Positions 36,101-48,962 are shown, counted from the first letter of the stretch. The stretch: DNA of 64,000 nt from Tubiluchus corallicola (GCA_030141605.1 JAQGDQ010000121.1:1-64000), one strand, 5' to 3'. A program made the numbers and translations. The notes: generated by a model not told the origin, from the sequence alone.

Positions 36101-39100
36101 TAACATCACTGCAATAGATGGCGCCACGTACAACGCTTTTGATTTTGGACACAACAGACCGCTTAATAATACCTAACAAGCGAATCCATGAATCAAAATT
36201 CAAAGCACACTTCTTTGCAGCTCTTCTGGCAAAGTAACAAAGTATTACGAACTTGGGTCAACAAGTCCAAAAGACACAATATTAACCATATACTATAGGA
36301 GACCTCACAAGTTTTACATATTATGCCTCAAGACACGCATCTTAACTAGTGTCACGCTTTTATGGCCGTAAGTCATCAAATCCACTAAACACCCTAACTC
36401 ATGCAATTTACATTATGGACTAATCATTATAACCTTGTTTTTCCACAGAGAAATTATAATTTAATCAAAATGCACCAGTGAAACTAGAATTTGGAAAATG
36501 AAAATCTCTTAATTGCCACTTAGTTCTTCGCCCATCGTCACAATTTTTTGTACAGTAAGGTAATTCATCTTTTAAGCGTATAAGATAATGAAGCAATTCC
36601 TACCAAATCACCTTGCAACTCACTGGGGTTTTTTTTCAAAACATTTCAATACACAACCATTCACAGAAGCACTTGTACAAAAACACTTATAGAGTAGCAA
36701 AAGCCAAATTCACGGAATTTTGATGCATTTTGAATAGCTTTAGTAGGAGCTAAGTCATCAATTTTAACTAGAAAGCCTCAGTAGAAGTTGCCAATTGCCC
36801 CACTGATATCGCTGTGCTTTGACACTACTACAAAGAGGCATTTTGCATTCACTCTTCAAATGATACTAAATTTCTGAGCAAGACCAACCACTGTCGTATA
36901 GAGCATCTGGCTAGCTGAGCATAGAATTCGGTGCAGACAGAACTGGAAAGTTAATTTTTAATAGAGAAAACTTTAAATGTGTCTGAGTTACAATGTGTGT
37001 TCAAAGCTTTAAACAAAAATCTAAATTCAGACAAAGACATACTCGAAGCTGTGAAAAACCACTTGCCACTATCATATCCTGTGGGTTTAAATAAGACAAC
37101 ATACATGAAGACTACCACAAAAATGTGTTTTCTGTATGACATGTTAGTCAGTTATGTCACGACTTAGCTGTCACTGGTGTTTACAGATCACGTACATTTG
37201 AACCGTGGGGATATTAGCTAAAGAAGTTTGAGTTAACTTCAAAAAAATTGTAAAAAATTCAAATCTGTGCCAATTATTGTGACAAACTGACAGATGAACA
37301 AACAGAGGGAACCAATTATTTTATAGTTGTGGCATGCATAAGCCTATTACAGCGGCAAGCATATTTTTTATTATACCGTATAACTGCTACGTGAAGATCT
37401 TAAAAAAATTGTAAAAAATTCAAATCTATACCGACTGATCCAAAACACAAACAAGCTCTAAGCTTTAACGATATTCTACCTCTGTACAAGGTATCAACTT
37501 CCTACATTACTCCAGGACCGAGAAAAAGTGGCGACAGACAAATAGAGAGACAGAACCAGCAATACTATAGTTACACACTTTGTTGGGGCAACTATAACTG
37601 CTCAAGTAAAGCAGTAAAAAGCTACCATTTTGATGCCGTCTCTGAGCACTTCAAGAAACAGCTGGAAAGTGTTCACACTCAAAGACACCACCACCAAACT
37701 GCATCAAAACACAAGCATTAAAATGGTACCCTGTTGTCATCAACAATAGCTATTATCTTCGTTGCATTATTAATACTCAAATTCTCCAAAAATAAATCAA
37801 CAGCTTAAGATTAACACTGACTAATGGCTGCCAGTGTGATGGAGTCTTATTATCTTAACTATGTGATGTTAAAGACTTCACATAATAAATTTGAAAGCAC
37901 TCTGTAACTGCCACGATATATGACATAAGTTCAAACCTTACACTTACCACATTGTGTAAGAAAAGGTCAATTCGGTTCTTCGGATAGTATTGATTTTGTA
38001 CAAGTCCAAGATGTTCAGCCATAAATGGTGTTGCTTTTTCAATAAATAAAGCCAAAGTGACAGTTGGCCAAGATGATTCCTATAAGCATCAAGCAAAAGT
38101 TCACATTAATGAGAGTAAGTGTCATCAGTAATTGTGCTAAAATCATTTACACAGTTCTGAAATGCTAACTACATCTTCAAATGTAGGATATAACTTTTGT
38201 ATATATCATAAGATAACACAAATAGAACTGTTCGATTAAGTTTTGAAGACAGACACCATGACATATTCATCATGCTCTTATGATTGAGAAACTTTGGAAA
38301 CAATAGAAAAGAAGAAACTTTGCTGTTACTAGTTAACAATAAATAATTTTCTGATAGTTTTCTAATTTAAGCTGACTATCTTAAATTTGCTGTTTAAAAA
38401 CACTGGTTGAAAAATAAACAAATAAAATGTTGCACAGATTTTGCTTACTACTTAATAGAAGAAATTATAACGGAAGTGCTTACGTAAGAAATTGATACAA
38501 AAAATATTGGCAGTCTGTGTATTCCTAGTTACCTATTCTTTTCTCTAGCATGGTGTTATGTTATGATGACAAATATGATATTTTAATGTGGTGGTGCACT
38601 GTGTTATGTTACATTAGGCTATAATTATAATGAGTTAGGTGGGGTTGAGTTAAGACAAGATAAGTGTTAACTTAGACTGAGTTCTGTTACACAATGTGAT
38701 TGTATAGTTACTTTACACAACATCTAGCACAGTTGCCCAAGCATCCAATGGTGACACGGCCCTCTTCCATTATGCGATTTTGAGTACACAATTATAATGC
38801 CAGAGTTATCGCATATATGCAGAACTAAAAGAAAATGCAAACAGACCAATAAAAATCAATGTATCAATACACGGAAACCTACTGGAAGTTGATGAAATTT
38901 GTTCAAATCTTCGTCACACCATAGACAGGCTTTAGACATTGACCACATCTCTGGAACGTAATTACCCAAAAAGTTGACGTAAAACTAAAAGAAACATAAA
39001 AAAAATATAAGAAAAAATTACAAATTCTAAGCAACCATTCTTATGAAAATATAAGTATTTTGTTTATTAAAAATGCTTTATAAACTAACGGTAAACTCTT

Positions 39101-42100
39101 ACGATGGCAACTCTGAACTTCATATCACTAAATGATTTTCTAGTTGTAAATGTGACTTTTACTTCAAGTTAACATAAAAAACTTAAGGACACTGTGTCTA
39201 CTCATCATAGTGCCAGTTATGGACTTTGATAAAGGTTATTACTGCTTGTTTGCCAAGAACATAATTCTGTCTGCCATCTCAACAGAAATAACAGAGCAAA
39301 GAAGGATGGTCACAATTAACCAAATAGTTTCACAGTGTCACAACAAAAGTCCACCCAATTACTATTTCTCAAAAGATTTTGGTTAACTAATGATCTGTTT
39401 ATTCCAATATAGTATCAACAACTAGCGAACAAACAAACCCAGTATTCATATATAACCAGGCTTGGCTCACATACGGAGGACACCTTCAATGTCAATCAAG
39501 AGATACTCTCCTCTCACAGAGGCACCAAAACAAGATGACACGTATGCCAAATTGGTATGGCACCTCTCAATACTCACAATTGAACTGACTCAGAGATTTA
39601 AACAAAGAAAACTAAAAAACTATCATTGCTGTTGCAATTTGTATAACCTCGTGACAAGACTGAAAACTATTGAAATTATGAAAATCAGTGATTTGAATTT
39701 ACAATTTCAATTTAATTATTACAAAGACCTACAAGCAGCTGTTTTACCTTAGAAAGCCCATTTCCATGCAGCACAATGGGATTGGTTCCATATTCCGTAT
39801 TTTCTACATACGATTTGTCATTGTGGAATTTTAATTTGACTTCATCTATAAGAATTAAATACAATAAAGTTAATAACACTTTCAGATTGTACAGTACTCA
39901 TATCGTAACCTTACCATAAACCAAAAACTGTAACTCGCTATTTTCACAAAACTTGAAATTGATGTTACTAATCAGTAGCTAGAAATATGATTAAAATTTC
40001 AGACACTGCTGTGGTGTATATACCTTACAATTTTGCTATTAAAACACCTCACAATTAAATAACTTTCTTGCTTATTTTCTGCAAAAAATGTACACACAAC
40101 CTTTAATGTTATACTTAGGCCCATTTCACAATAAATATATGCAGCATTCCTCTCGAAAATGGAACACATTGTTTTCTATGTTGAATTCCACAGTGAATTT
40201 CATGTTTTATTATGCAACAGTGATGGTTATATTTGTAAAAAAGAAAAATAATGTGCATATATCTTTTAATTATGAACATATTCAGATTATGAAGTTGTTA
40301 GTAGAACTTTAACAAAAAAAAATAAACAAGTCTCTGGCATCACACTGACTAACATTATTAATTGTACTTTGCATATGAGAAATACAGCAACTATACAGTA
40401 TACAGTATAAAATTAGAGGGTCAATGCAGATGCTGAAGTTTACATATTTTATTTTGTAATCGGGTCGTGCAGAAAAACTAATAACTCATCAAAAGTATCC
40501 CCTAGTCATTCTAGTGTAACTGTAAAATTTCTCCCGATCGTCTCTCAAATGTCCATACAAGGTTGCAATAACAGCACAGTGCTGTCTTGTTTCGTTAACT
40601 GGGTGCACCCAGTAATGATGGTAATTAATACTATTGTAATAATACTAAGCACTCAGTAAAAACATGACGTCGCCTTCCTTATCCATGTTGACGAGTAATG
40701 GCTACAAGCTTGCAATTCCCAAAGTAGCTGCAGCTAACTGGGCGTGCAAAGAAAAACTGAACAGTTTCACTGTGATTTGAAATTTCGTGCTGCATGGGAT
40801 TTCGAGAAAAAAATTGGAAATTTTCCAATTTTCTGACAGCAATTCCGTGCATCATTTTCCTTGCGTCCTCACTGTGAAATGGGCGTCAAAAGCCATCATC
40901 ATCCTTTTCCTTTAAAAAGGTTTTATTGCAAATGTTTGCAATTAAAATAACATAAAAAATAAAATGCATCCTGTACTTGTTCATATAACTGCCATGTTTT
41001 GAATTAACATGCTTAAAATCAACCTTCTGATTTATTTAAATATATCATGAAATTACCAATTTTAAACATGAATTAACATACTAATAACCTGTAAGCTGCT
41101 TAGAAATCTATTCTCAAAAAACAGTTTACTTAAAATTGCACAGCGATTATTTAAAGTAGTTTACCGTAAGCACCATAGATATTTTGGAATATCTCTGACA
41201 CATGGTCCAACTTTATTTTCCATTTTTCCTACAAAGTAACAAAGCGATATGTAAAATCTTAAAACAAAAGCATTAAAAATGCGTAAAGTGCTTTTTAGTA
41301 TACAGCAACATTTATTATCACGATACATTTCAAAACATTTGCATCTCGTGGTGAAATGGGTGTGGAATTAATACTAAATATTCAGAAGTATAGATAACAC
41401 TTGGGTTACAACATATAAAACACCATTACATAAATAATGTGTTTCTATTACTGCAAAAATTAATTTGATGGTATAGCACTATGATTGGTATTTTTTTGCT
41501 CAAATCAAACTTTTTTATGTGGACAGAAAACTTGGTAATATATCCCATGAACTTCACTCTTCAAAGTGCACGAAAGTATATTCAACAAAACACAAAACAC
41601 TTTTATTCAGCAAAGTGCAATAGTACGAATTGAGTATATGAAATTTTTAAACTGAGAAATCTGTAGAAAAATTTGTATCTATGACAGTTCTGCATTTTGA
41701 ACAGCTTTGCACCGACCTACTAACCTAACTAACATTACCCAGTTACCAATACTGTCGACAGAACCATAAAACCAGGTTAGTAAAATGTCTATAAATGCTG
41801 CGATTATTATTAAATGATTAGCCACCAGGCAATATTAGGACATATAGCCATCGGGCAATATAAGACAAAATTGTAATTATCATGCTAAACTTATATATTA
41901 TTCAAAACATAGTGCATAACATACCCTAAGTTCTGCATTAAGGTATAAGTGAGTGAAGTATAACTGATCATCGTCACTATCTTCTATCGTTTGGTAGTTT
42001 AACATAGCATAAATGTCAGCACCATAACCCATGTACCCTAAATTAGCAACAAGAATCATCATATTTTGATAAACAATATCCACATTCTAATACATGAAAT

Positions 42101-45100
42101 ATAAGTTGGAAGAATCTTATACCATGTTTTAGCCAAGTTATCATACAAAATAACTATAGTGTCTCACGCTGCCTTGGACTAGCGTACTTCTTACCAGGGA
42201 CATATCTTTAAATGCTCGTTACTGAAAATTTCATTAACATTTTAGTTTTTAAAAATATATACAAACAGAATGTACATTGACAATATACCAAGATTATTAC
42301 TTACCTCCAGAACACAAGAAGCGTTTTCCGACTGTCACTGAAGGATATTTGTTCTAAAAAGAGAGGACAATTCACAATAATGTTAAATTCACCGGACAGA
42401 ACCTACAGTACAATTTGAATTAGTATTGTTACCCTTGACTGAGAATACTCAGTATTCTTTTAGCCTTTCTGCAAATGCAAGGTGGTACATTAGATACTAC
42501 ATTTAAAAATCTGATATCCACAAGACAAAATTTATGTTGTCTTTATAAATTATTAAACACTTGACTTGCATAAAAAAATTAAAAACTAGTTGCCCAAAGG
42601 AGAACTAAATCAACAGATATTACATCATATGCATAGTGAACAATACTATTAAACACGCCAATAAATTTCTTTCTATTGGCATTGCTTACAGTCAATGAAC
42701 TATCAGGCCACAAGGTTCCTTCTGCCGAAAACACAATGTTAGCTCCAAACTTCTTGAATTTTTCTATAATGGCATCAGCACCATCTACGAAAATGACATC
42801 ATAACTGAAATAAAAAAGCAAATGCTGTAGAAATAGGAATATGACTTTCTTCCAAAGTTAAATGTCTGCACTGATGACCTGTTATTCAAAGAATTAATTT
42901 TGATGATGCAACAAATACCAATTATTAAACTTTTCTTTTTCACTTATACCTTTAAAGTAAAAGTCACTGTAGTTACTAAGAAAACTCTAAAAACATTAAA
43001 TCATCACATAGATACTTCATTGCAGCAAGTAGTCTACAAATATCAGAACAAAATGAAGTATTACAGGCAAAACACAAACAAAAGTTACAACAATCATTTG
43101 AACCGCTAATGTAAACATCACTCACCTATCTACAAACATAACAACAGCATCCTTGTTGTCTTTGTATTTTTCTAGTTCTTTCTTCAACATATTAATCTTA
43201 ATGCCACCGCTCGTGCTAACTGTGTCCCAACGTGTTCCTTTTTTATCCAATCCATATACCTAAATAACATAAATAAAAATTATATTTCTTTTTAATCCCT
43301 ACCATAACAATCTATATTTAAATTGAAATGTGAAATACAGAACTGTCTTGCATTATTTCAGCCTATCAGAGCTTAAAAGGATCCAGAAGAACTATTAATC
43401 TGCTGAATTGTGATTAGTCGGGTCCTAGTCTTGATCTGAATATTTTCATAAAACCGGTATCCATTGTGAAGGACCAAAAAATGGAAAGCAAACCAAGCCA
43501 GATTCATGCCTTGGGAATTTTAACTTCAAAAAAATGACGCAACTAAAAGGATACATATCAATGTAAAATTAAAAAATACAAGAAAATATAAAAACAAAGG
43601 CATGTATAGTGTATATTAAACTTCAGTATCGTATAGAAATGCAAAAATTGTTTAGAAGCGAGGACTAAATAAAACTAACGGTAATTTGTTTATCTAATCC
43701 CACAGTCTTGACCGATCTCATGAACCTTTTGTAGCCATCAGTTTCTTCTGTTGCTATGGTAACAATCTGCAGTTTTTGGCCATCTATAAAAAAACAAATT
43801 AATTAATCATGGCATAAAGATAACATTTTTCACCAAATGTTGTCCATGAAAAGTTACATCAAACTGATTCAGTCTGCACAGAAAAAGCATGCTTAGTTTT
43901 GGGGCAGAAGTTCTCAGTCTCTGTTTTTAAAAGGGATTGCATATAGGGGTCACATCCTGCCTCAGTATTTTTGAAAATTTGAACTGCAATAATAATAATA
44001 ATAATTAGTTTCATAACAATTATAAAACAACTTTTCCCTGAATTATAATAAAGTATATAAATACATATGTATGGGACTATGTGTGTATACACACAAATTT
44101 ACTGTCAATTCCTAGATATTTTGCTGAACCGCAAAAATTCTTACTTTAACTCACATAAGAACTCAATTCACCAGGGACCTCCTTTGAAATGCGCTCCACT
44201 AGATTGTGTAGCTATTGTCGTCCTATTTTTAGATTTGATTAACGGATCAATAGGGGCTTATATAAAAAGTGAATTCATCGCATTAGGATATACTGGGTCC
44301 AAACAAAGCAGTAAGGCATTATGATACTAGTTCATTCATGTTTGATGTTACTGCTAATTCAGTTTGCATCGTTAGTATATTAACCGGCAAATTGCAGTAT
44401 ATTTAGTATGTAGAAATGACTTTACTGATACATAAAGTGAAATGTAAATAGAAACCAACTGGCTTTCAGTAATTTCTTTTAGGAATTTTCCAGGTTCAGT
44501 ATGGAGTAAGTTGAAACTAATATTATTTTCAACAAATTTAATTCAGCCCTTCACAGAAAATATGTGCAAGTGTTTACTCAAGATAAATAATTGTAAACAA
44601 CTTGATCATTTAGCAGCAGCTAACATCGATGAGAAACACTGCAATGTCCATTAAAAACCATCTTGGTATTGTCACAAGCCATTCTTGTTGTTACAAGGAT
44701 CAGTACATAAATTTCATTCATGATAACTGCATTTGTAATTCATTACCTGTTCCAAAAGAAGAAAAACAGGTAGGTCCAGTTAATTATCTAGGTCATTTTC
44801 GTAATTAGTTGCTTTGTAATTCATTCACAGTGAACTCATATCTAGACCTACAGAACATTTTGACATTAACTAAACACCAATATTTTTCTACTGTTAAATA
44901 ATCATGCATGCGCACGCGCACGTTCATCCTACTCCTAACATAAACTCGTTCATCCTACACAATCTGCTTTATGCAAACCATTGCGGCAGCAGTAGAATAC
45001 AGACTAATTCATCTGATTTAATCTGCCTAATTTTCTTAACATTTGTGTAAACAAATGAGCAGTGTCATTAAACTTTGCTTTAAATAAAGAACAGGTTCTA

Positions 45101-47607
45101 CATGAAAGCATACTTATGACAAGAATTACTGTGAAGGGACCGACAAGAGTAACGTGCACTCCTGTTTTTTAACGCATTTTATTTTACATTCTGAATCTAA
45201 AACTAGAAAAGGTAACCAAAGAAGTTCCATAGAAAACCATGGCTCCTTCACTTGCAGTAGGCTTATAGGGAATGTTGATCGCTAACAGAAACTGACAAGA
45301 AAGTGCGAGACTATATTAATAAAAAAAACTTTGTTTTAAATGAGTAGTCTATCAAAAGCTGGTAAAAAAGTCATCTGTTGGTGTTTCCCCACAACATTTA
45401 TTATTAGTTGCATAATCAAATGAGGTACAGAAAACACACTACTGATTCAAAAATTATGACAGTTACCAGAATTCTATTTGTCGGCAATGTAGGAAAAACA
45501 CACCCTTAACCAAACATAGTTAGTTTCATGAATCTTATGGAATATTAAATTTTGTTGGTTTTATTGAATCTTAAACGTAGTTGATTTACTTAAGGGAGTG
45601 TTTTTCTTTCTTTGCTGTCTTTAGAACATTTACGACCACCCTAATGGCTTTCAACTTGTATCAGAAGGCTTTTTCTGATCTTTCTGTCAACTGTGTCTTT
45701 GCACTTTCTAACTAATTTGACAGTGGCATGATAGGAGATTTTAGCAGGGATTTAGCATGGTTGCTGTCAGCTCACACAAATTTTCCTAGAAGAGTTTAAG
45801 TCCTGTAATATCAAGCTATAAAACTTTGCTTGAGGCAAGTTCCTACAATAACTAGCCTAGGGCTGCAATGCAAATTTAAGTAGATATAACAAATATTGTC
45901 TTGTTTGAGACCATTTTAGGAATATAGAAAGAGGTGCTTCAAATATCTCCTGTTCATTGGCATCTCCAACAACTTAATATATCCTAGCACTCTGTAATGG
46001 TATTTGAGATGCTTTAGAAATGTTTCAATTCCATACAACATTGACTAAACAAGGATTCTTCTTTAAAAAGCTTCATTTTATACTTTTCAGTCATAAGTTC
46101 TTTTTGACAATTGACATTTTAATACTTCAACACAGGTGCTATTAATATCTGTCACATATATATAACAGTCACCTCAGGCTGGGTTTTTGACACAGAATAA
46201 GTTCTCTGCTGTTACGTTCACAAATCACTCTTCAGATAATCTTTATATGATCTTTTAAAATTACATTTGTCTTCAACCACATTCAATCTCATATTTAAAA
46301 TTTGGTTAAGTCTCATTTGGGCCTAACTCTTGCAGGTAAGATTGCAATTCAAACTTGCTTTCTTCTATTAGAACCTAATTTTTGTCATTTTGTAAATGTT
46401 CTCATTAATTTCTTAATCCAACCTTTCTTTAATTAAATTCTTAATCATTTTATCCATTTCGTCCACTTTGCCTTTTATTCCATTCTTCCTCTTTTATTTT
46501 ATCCTTCTCTTCCACTTTGATATCTTAATCTTACTTACATCAGCATCTTTAAGTAAATACTGTTCTAGCAACCCTGACACTTCAGACAACCAGTAACTAA
46601 CATGTTTCTTTTTTCTTCAATCAATATTTTCTTTGCAAGATCAGAATTCAAATATATGTATATATATATATATATATATATACATACACACACATATATA
46701 TATATGTGTGTGTATATAGTTACATATACTTATGTACTATATATTCATATATATAAGTGAGTGTGCTACTTTCTCCATTTCATTTCGTTCAGTATTAGTT
46801 CATGTTTCTGCATTAGCTAAGTTCTACTGAAGGTATGACCATACTTTAAAATATTAATAAGCACACTTCAACTGAATTTAATCCAGTGCTTTGCCATTCT
46901 TCTAAGTTTTAATATCATAATATCATATAAGTTATTTTCTCTTCCTTTCATTATATCAATGTTTCGTAGCTGCTTTTATCACTAACCCTGTCTCCAGCAC
47001 TGCATATCATAAAATGGTACAATTACTGTACCAAGTCCAGCAAAGGAGCCTTACGCAAATTGAATAAGAGATAGGGCAGAAAATTCTCTTACAATAAGTA
47101 ATACCATCACAAAGCCAAGTTACGAGTCAAACATACAGAACCAAACCTTATATAAACTAATGAGGACCAAGCTGTAGTTAGCAACTCAACGACAAGAAAA
47201 CCAAATCACCAAAAGCAAAAATCCCGATATGAATACAAACTAAAAAAAAAGAAAGTGAGTACAAAGTAAAGGCCTACTATACTAAAGCCTTGAAACTATG
47301 ACAGCCTATGTTGCGTTTTCCTATGAGTGTAATATGAGATTCACCAAAAAAAAAATTTTAACTGTCCGAGAATTCTTCACCAGAAACTACATCAAAATTA
47401 CGTAAAAGTTATACAAAGAGCCTGGACTAGCTGCCATCAGTCACGTACACATGATGCTGAAACCACATTAGATACTGACACAGGCACAAACTTTCCTAAA
47501 GGATGTGTTCAACTAACGACAAATACAAGCGAAAAGAACATACCTGAGGAAGCGTATGCTTGAAATGCAAAAAGTAAAATTATTCCTACTATTGCAGAGT
47601 AATGCAT
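9112..47607 (-). CDS. PLOD: Procollagen-lysine 2-oxoglutarate 5-dioxygenase (lysyl hydroxylase/glycosyltransferase), 20 coding exons, with exon 18 present as four variants
   Basis: GT-AG exons with consistent phases: 47544-47607 (signal peptide [19 protein letters not shown]), 43680-43783, 43126-43259, 42690-42804, 42305-42353, 41925-42037, 41165-41228, 39748-39845, 38883-38984, 37948-38079, 35463-35584, 34677-34778, 33073-33198, 22996-23134, 22408-22521, 21422-21541, 20839-20943, [15567-15689 | 15208-15354 | 14775-14921 | 13871-14017], 11147-11275, 9112-9267. Motifs: [21 protein letters not shown] (DxD), [43 protein letters not shown] and THYHEG (Fe ligands), C-terminal MVSFVDP*. Confidence 0.95.
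9655..10027. mobile_element. MITE with 27-bp terminal inverted repeats and subterminal TCAAATGTAG/CTACATTTGA repeats
   Basis: TATAGGTTTTACATGTCAAATGTAGAC (9655) versus GTCTGCATTTGACGTGTAAAACCTATA (10001-10027), 25/27 complementary, with TA ends. Confidence 0.8.
10326..10884. mobile_element. Non-autonomous DNA transposon copy (same family as 12951-13474), degenerate left end
   Basis: Colinear similarity to 12951-13474 (AAGCTTTC..GGAAG..AG, GGATTTAGTAATAAAAG, GTGAATGGCGG, GACTTG.CCTTTCCTTTAA). Confidence 0.75.
12050..13614. mobile_element. Foldback-type element with inverted arrays of ~20-bp TTGGGCAC repeats, containing the nested Kolobok-like MITE
   Basis: Array of (ACAT)TTGGGCAC units at about 12070-12150 and the complementary GTGCCCAAATGTC array at about 13530-13605. 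Confidence 0.55.
12951..13474. mobile_element. Kolobok-like MITE (TTAA-AGG...CCT-TTAA termini)
   Basis: Starts TTAAAGGAAA and ends TTTCCTTTAA. A TTAA target duplication with RR..YY termini is the Kolobok signature. Second copy at 10326-10884. Confidence 0.7.
13871..14017 (-). CDS. PLOD: PLOD exon 18 variant D (49 aa)
   Basis: cag|[49 protein letters not shown]|gtgagt; 147 nt, phase 0/0. Confidence 0.9.
14775..14921 (-). CDS. PLOD: PLOD exon 18 variant C (49 aa)
   Basis: cag|[49 protein letters not shown]|gtgagt; 147 nt, phase 0/0. Confidence 0.9.
15208..15354 (-). CDS. PLOD: PLOD exon 18 variant B (49 aa)
   Basis: tag|[49 protein letters not shown]|gtaagt; 147 nt, phase 0/0. Confidence 0.9.
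15567..15689 (-). CDS. PLOD: PLOD exon 18 variant A (divergent, 41 aa)
   Basis: cag|[41 protein letters not shown]|gtgagt; 123 nt, phase 0/0, no stops. Confidence 0.8.
16812..20591 (+). mobile_element. Full-length R2-clade non-LTR retrotransposon (three-zinc-finger, R2-A type) in PLOD intron 17, antisense to the host gene
   Basis: Sharp GC-rich block in AT-rich flanks, single intact ORF, structured 151-nt 3'UTR ending TTTTAATAAAA, flanked by the direct repeat AGACTG (16806-16811 and 20592-20597). Confidence 0.9.
16898..20440 (+). CDS. R2 protein: CCHH/CCHC/CCHH zinc fingers, Myb, reverse transcriptase, CCHC knuckle, restriction-like endonuclease (1180 aa from the first ATG inside the element)
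   Basis: CPVC..HVKLCH, CVKC..HYRYC, CPEC..HRRCAH; [10 protein letters not shown] (Myb); [52 protein letters not shown] (RT); CRRC..HVLQQC, RHN, PDILA..YVID, KALKY (RLE). Confidence 0.93.
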   Translation: MATQLGTQLGRGEKQPSRWVPVLDPSTLGRLPLVAETVIVAKNNKNKPGRVNGSAGAARDTPASTYGLFKDKETGTTITLNYPVQVSDRCPVCAKAIPDWKSAKSHVKLCHGLGVQRLKFRCVKCEKLWPSLQSACSHYRYCSTRVPDEAAQASGGTEPSQDDAHRCPECPRAFKTHAGRQQHRRCAHPVEYNNSLPGPREKRADGAGTLWTDDELRLMAEQELKFHPKTRGLAKFLQQSLPHRSIEAIYSIWKSVRYTAAKMAVRTEIELAAGAGANDPAAERGPAAHPAEVELVVDEPQPCVRASRDTPGTRASREALKESIETEIRIGNVHNRTDVAAALAFARAALDGGDLDMAFQAMSEAWFPEDVRPQPARPRPVRRALDRPPNRQVRRRERYKTYQRLYQRDRRKLANVILDDAPLDVEYPPIDCVEQTYIQRFEKPSLPDDEPIEDFKPCEDPDGLCAPIAREEVAKTFKAMKSRSSPGPDKAVTMKALQKINKGAITLVFKVWQFLREVPKSLKECRTTLLPKGTEGLQDVNNWRPITIGSLLLRWYAKILTSRIQARVKLNPLQRAFQPRDGCSENLTLLNTVIRHARASHRELNIAFLDLAKAFDTVPHTSIVRAMRRFGLPGQVQEIIGDMYTGAATRISTPEASTRRIEVTSGVKQGCPLSPLLFNLVIDELISKVGSRFGYEIENHQVAIVGFADDLVLISNTKHGMGKLLETAQGFCTKRAMALNAKKCKAMRLVKAYRRSAMKVIVDPTWNISQTPIPMLGVAETYKYLGIPFGTRGRPAMGTDSLKTWLLRVEGAPLKPQQKVDMIRQYVIPRLTYRFRICEVHMNGLKGADRLIRSSLKRILHLAVDVPNAFFHVPMKKGGLGFSCLEEDVPLMKIKTLSRMQASPDALVSMSASAPVWNKELEWAKRVTNLEAYSHGRDISRAKREMAQNHLNSFLAKAHGKGFAAVSANPLSTHYLRSSTLLRGGDYILVLKMITNSLPTRVNSTRGAPNAIRRCRRCGRHAESQVHVLQQCSSIKNAVSRRHNALCDVLAEALTARGFKVVREPWFEVNRTRYHPDILATKDGHTYVIDPTISAASNIDPLRARCRDKALKYKPILDAVKRRCGSATASSHGICVGYRGEWAGGENDKILKTCGLLGIRAKLIRSVIRGSCMIWRRFLS
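24225..24900. repeat. Degenerate tandem repeat / decayed minisatellite
   Basis: Recurrent GCAGAAG(C/T)CATATAGAAACCATCAC-like units at about 24350, 24530, 24580 and 24820. Confidence 0.45.
29674..30008. mobile_element. Possible Kolobok-like MITE
   Basis: TTAAAGGGGAAGGAAA at the left end and TTTCTTGCCTTTTAA at the right end (imperfect inverted termini, TTAA ends). Confidence 0.4.
30117..30942 (+). CDS. Nested single-Ig (I-set) domain protein, oig-4-like, antisense inside PLOD intron 13; exons 30117-30272 and 30769-30942 (or 30928 spliced to 32540)
   Basis: Spliced translation [52 protein letters not shown]|[44 protein letters not shown] has Ig C...W...C spacing, and the KSxLEIDPATxxxAG signature recalls OIG-4-family proteins. 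The 5' exons are unresolved. Confidence 0.78.
45500..46640 (-). mobile_element. Decayed non-LTR retrotransposon 3' fragment
   Basis: Broken minus-strand frames with LINE C-terminal-like peptides (e.g. [17 protein letters not shown] near 46260-46310). Boundaries are approximate. Confidence 0.35.
46652..46720. repeat. (TA)n/(CA)n/(TG)n microsatellite
   Basis: TATATATA...CACACACATATATATATGTGTGTG, self-complementary. Confidence 0.85.
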
Positions 47608-48887
47608 AATTGTAAGAATAAATTTTTAAATGGTAGCCTTCTTTCGAAAACGTTGCCACATCAACATCCAAACCGATGGTAGTTCACTGACATCTGGCTG
47701 CCGAAGCAAAGCTGAGGCTGCTGGCAATCCTAGCGGCAGGGTACAGCATGACTTGGAAGTTGTACTATTGTAGGGGTGGTTTGACAGTAGTCACATAGAA
47801 CTTTTCCTCTGATACAGTATCATCGGTATGGCGCGTTTTCTAGAACTTATAGAATTTTTTATTTATAAAATGAAGCTTACGTTTCACAAATCACATTCAG
47901 ATATTTTTTGATCAAATCAGATACTTTTTGTATCATTACAGTAAATTAAAAGGTTTCTTTAATCTTATAGCTTAAAAACAACAAGTATAGCCGCAATGAC
48001 TAGCTGTCTGCCCGAGATTACAGATACTTGGACCATAATGTTTTACCCATACTGGTCATTCAGTACCCGTTTTGTAATCGGAAAACTGTAGAGCAGTAAC
48101 AAAATGACCTTTGAATATGTTCATTAGATCATGGAAATTTATTCGAAGGATGCGCAACACAGCTGTCACGACTCACAACAGGACAACTGGTTTTATCCGT
48201 GCAGTGTTTTGAAATTAGCTGCTTGGTTTCAAGTTACGTACGTCCAACTGAATGAAAGCTGCTGCAGTCTTTTAAACTGTGTACCAGGAAACACGACACG
48301 ACAGTATGTACTTATCATTAAAACTCCCAAGGCCCAACAACATCATTGTATGTCTTTTCTCTCGCGCGCGCGAGCGCTCGCTGTTAGTCTGCCACCGAGG
48401 CACCGACTATAGACATTACTGTAAAAATAGTACAAGGTCGGTGTTGCTGATTAGATCTGTGATAAATCTCTGTCCACACATTAATGCTATTATGGCAAAG
48501 AATTATACCAAAGATTTTTTAGAATTATAATCAGGCAATGAACTGAGTAAAAATTTTAATTACTTAAAATTATCACACTATTTTACGCTGGCTCCAGTTG
48601 CCCGCCATATTCTTGCATAAACAAATATCGTTGTTATTACGTTTGCCCGCCACCATAACTTCGAATAATCTCACTATATCTACCTAGTGTAGCTGTAGAA
48701 CTGATAACACTTTAATTTGTATAACGGACATGCGCAGAACCACTTGTAACAGCACTACGACAACCTATTGCATTACGCATTGCTGCCGTTTACAGTACTG
48801 GCAATTTGTATAAAGAGTTCCAGGAAAAGGGACAAGATGGAGAGCAAGGTGACAAAAATGAAATGGGCCTACGGAGCGACCGAAAAT

Positions 48888-48962
48888 GAGAGAGAGATGG
48901 GAGGGAGTGCGAGAGATAGGTAAATAGATAGATAGAGAGAGAGACAGACAGAGAGGGGTGAG
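48888..48962. repeat. (GA)n/(GATA)n microsatellite
   Basis: GAGAGAGAGATGGGAGGGAG...AGATAGATAGAGAGAGAGACAGACAGAG. Confidence 0.8.
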
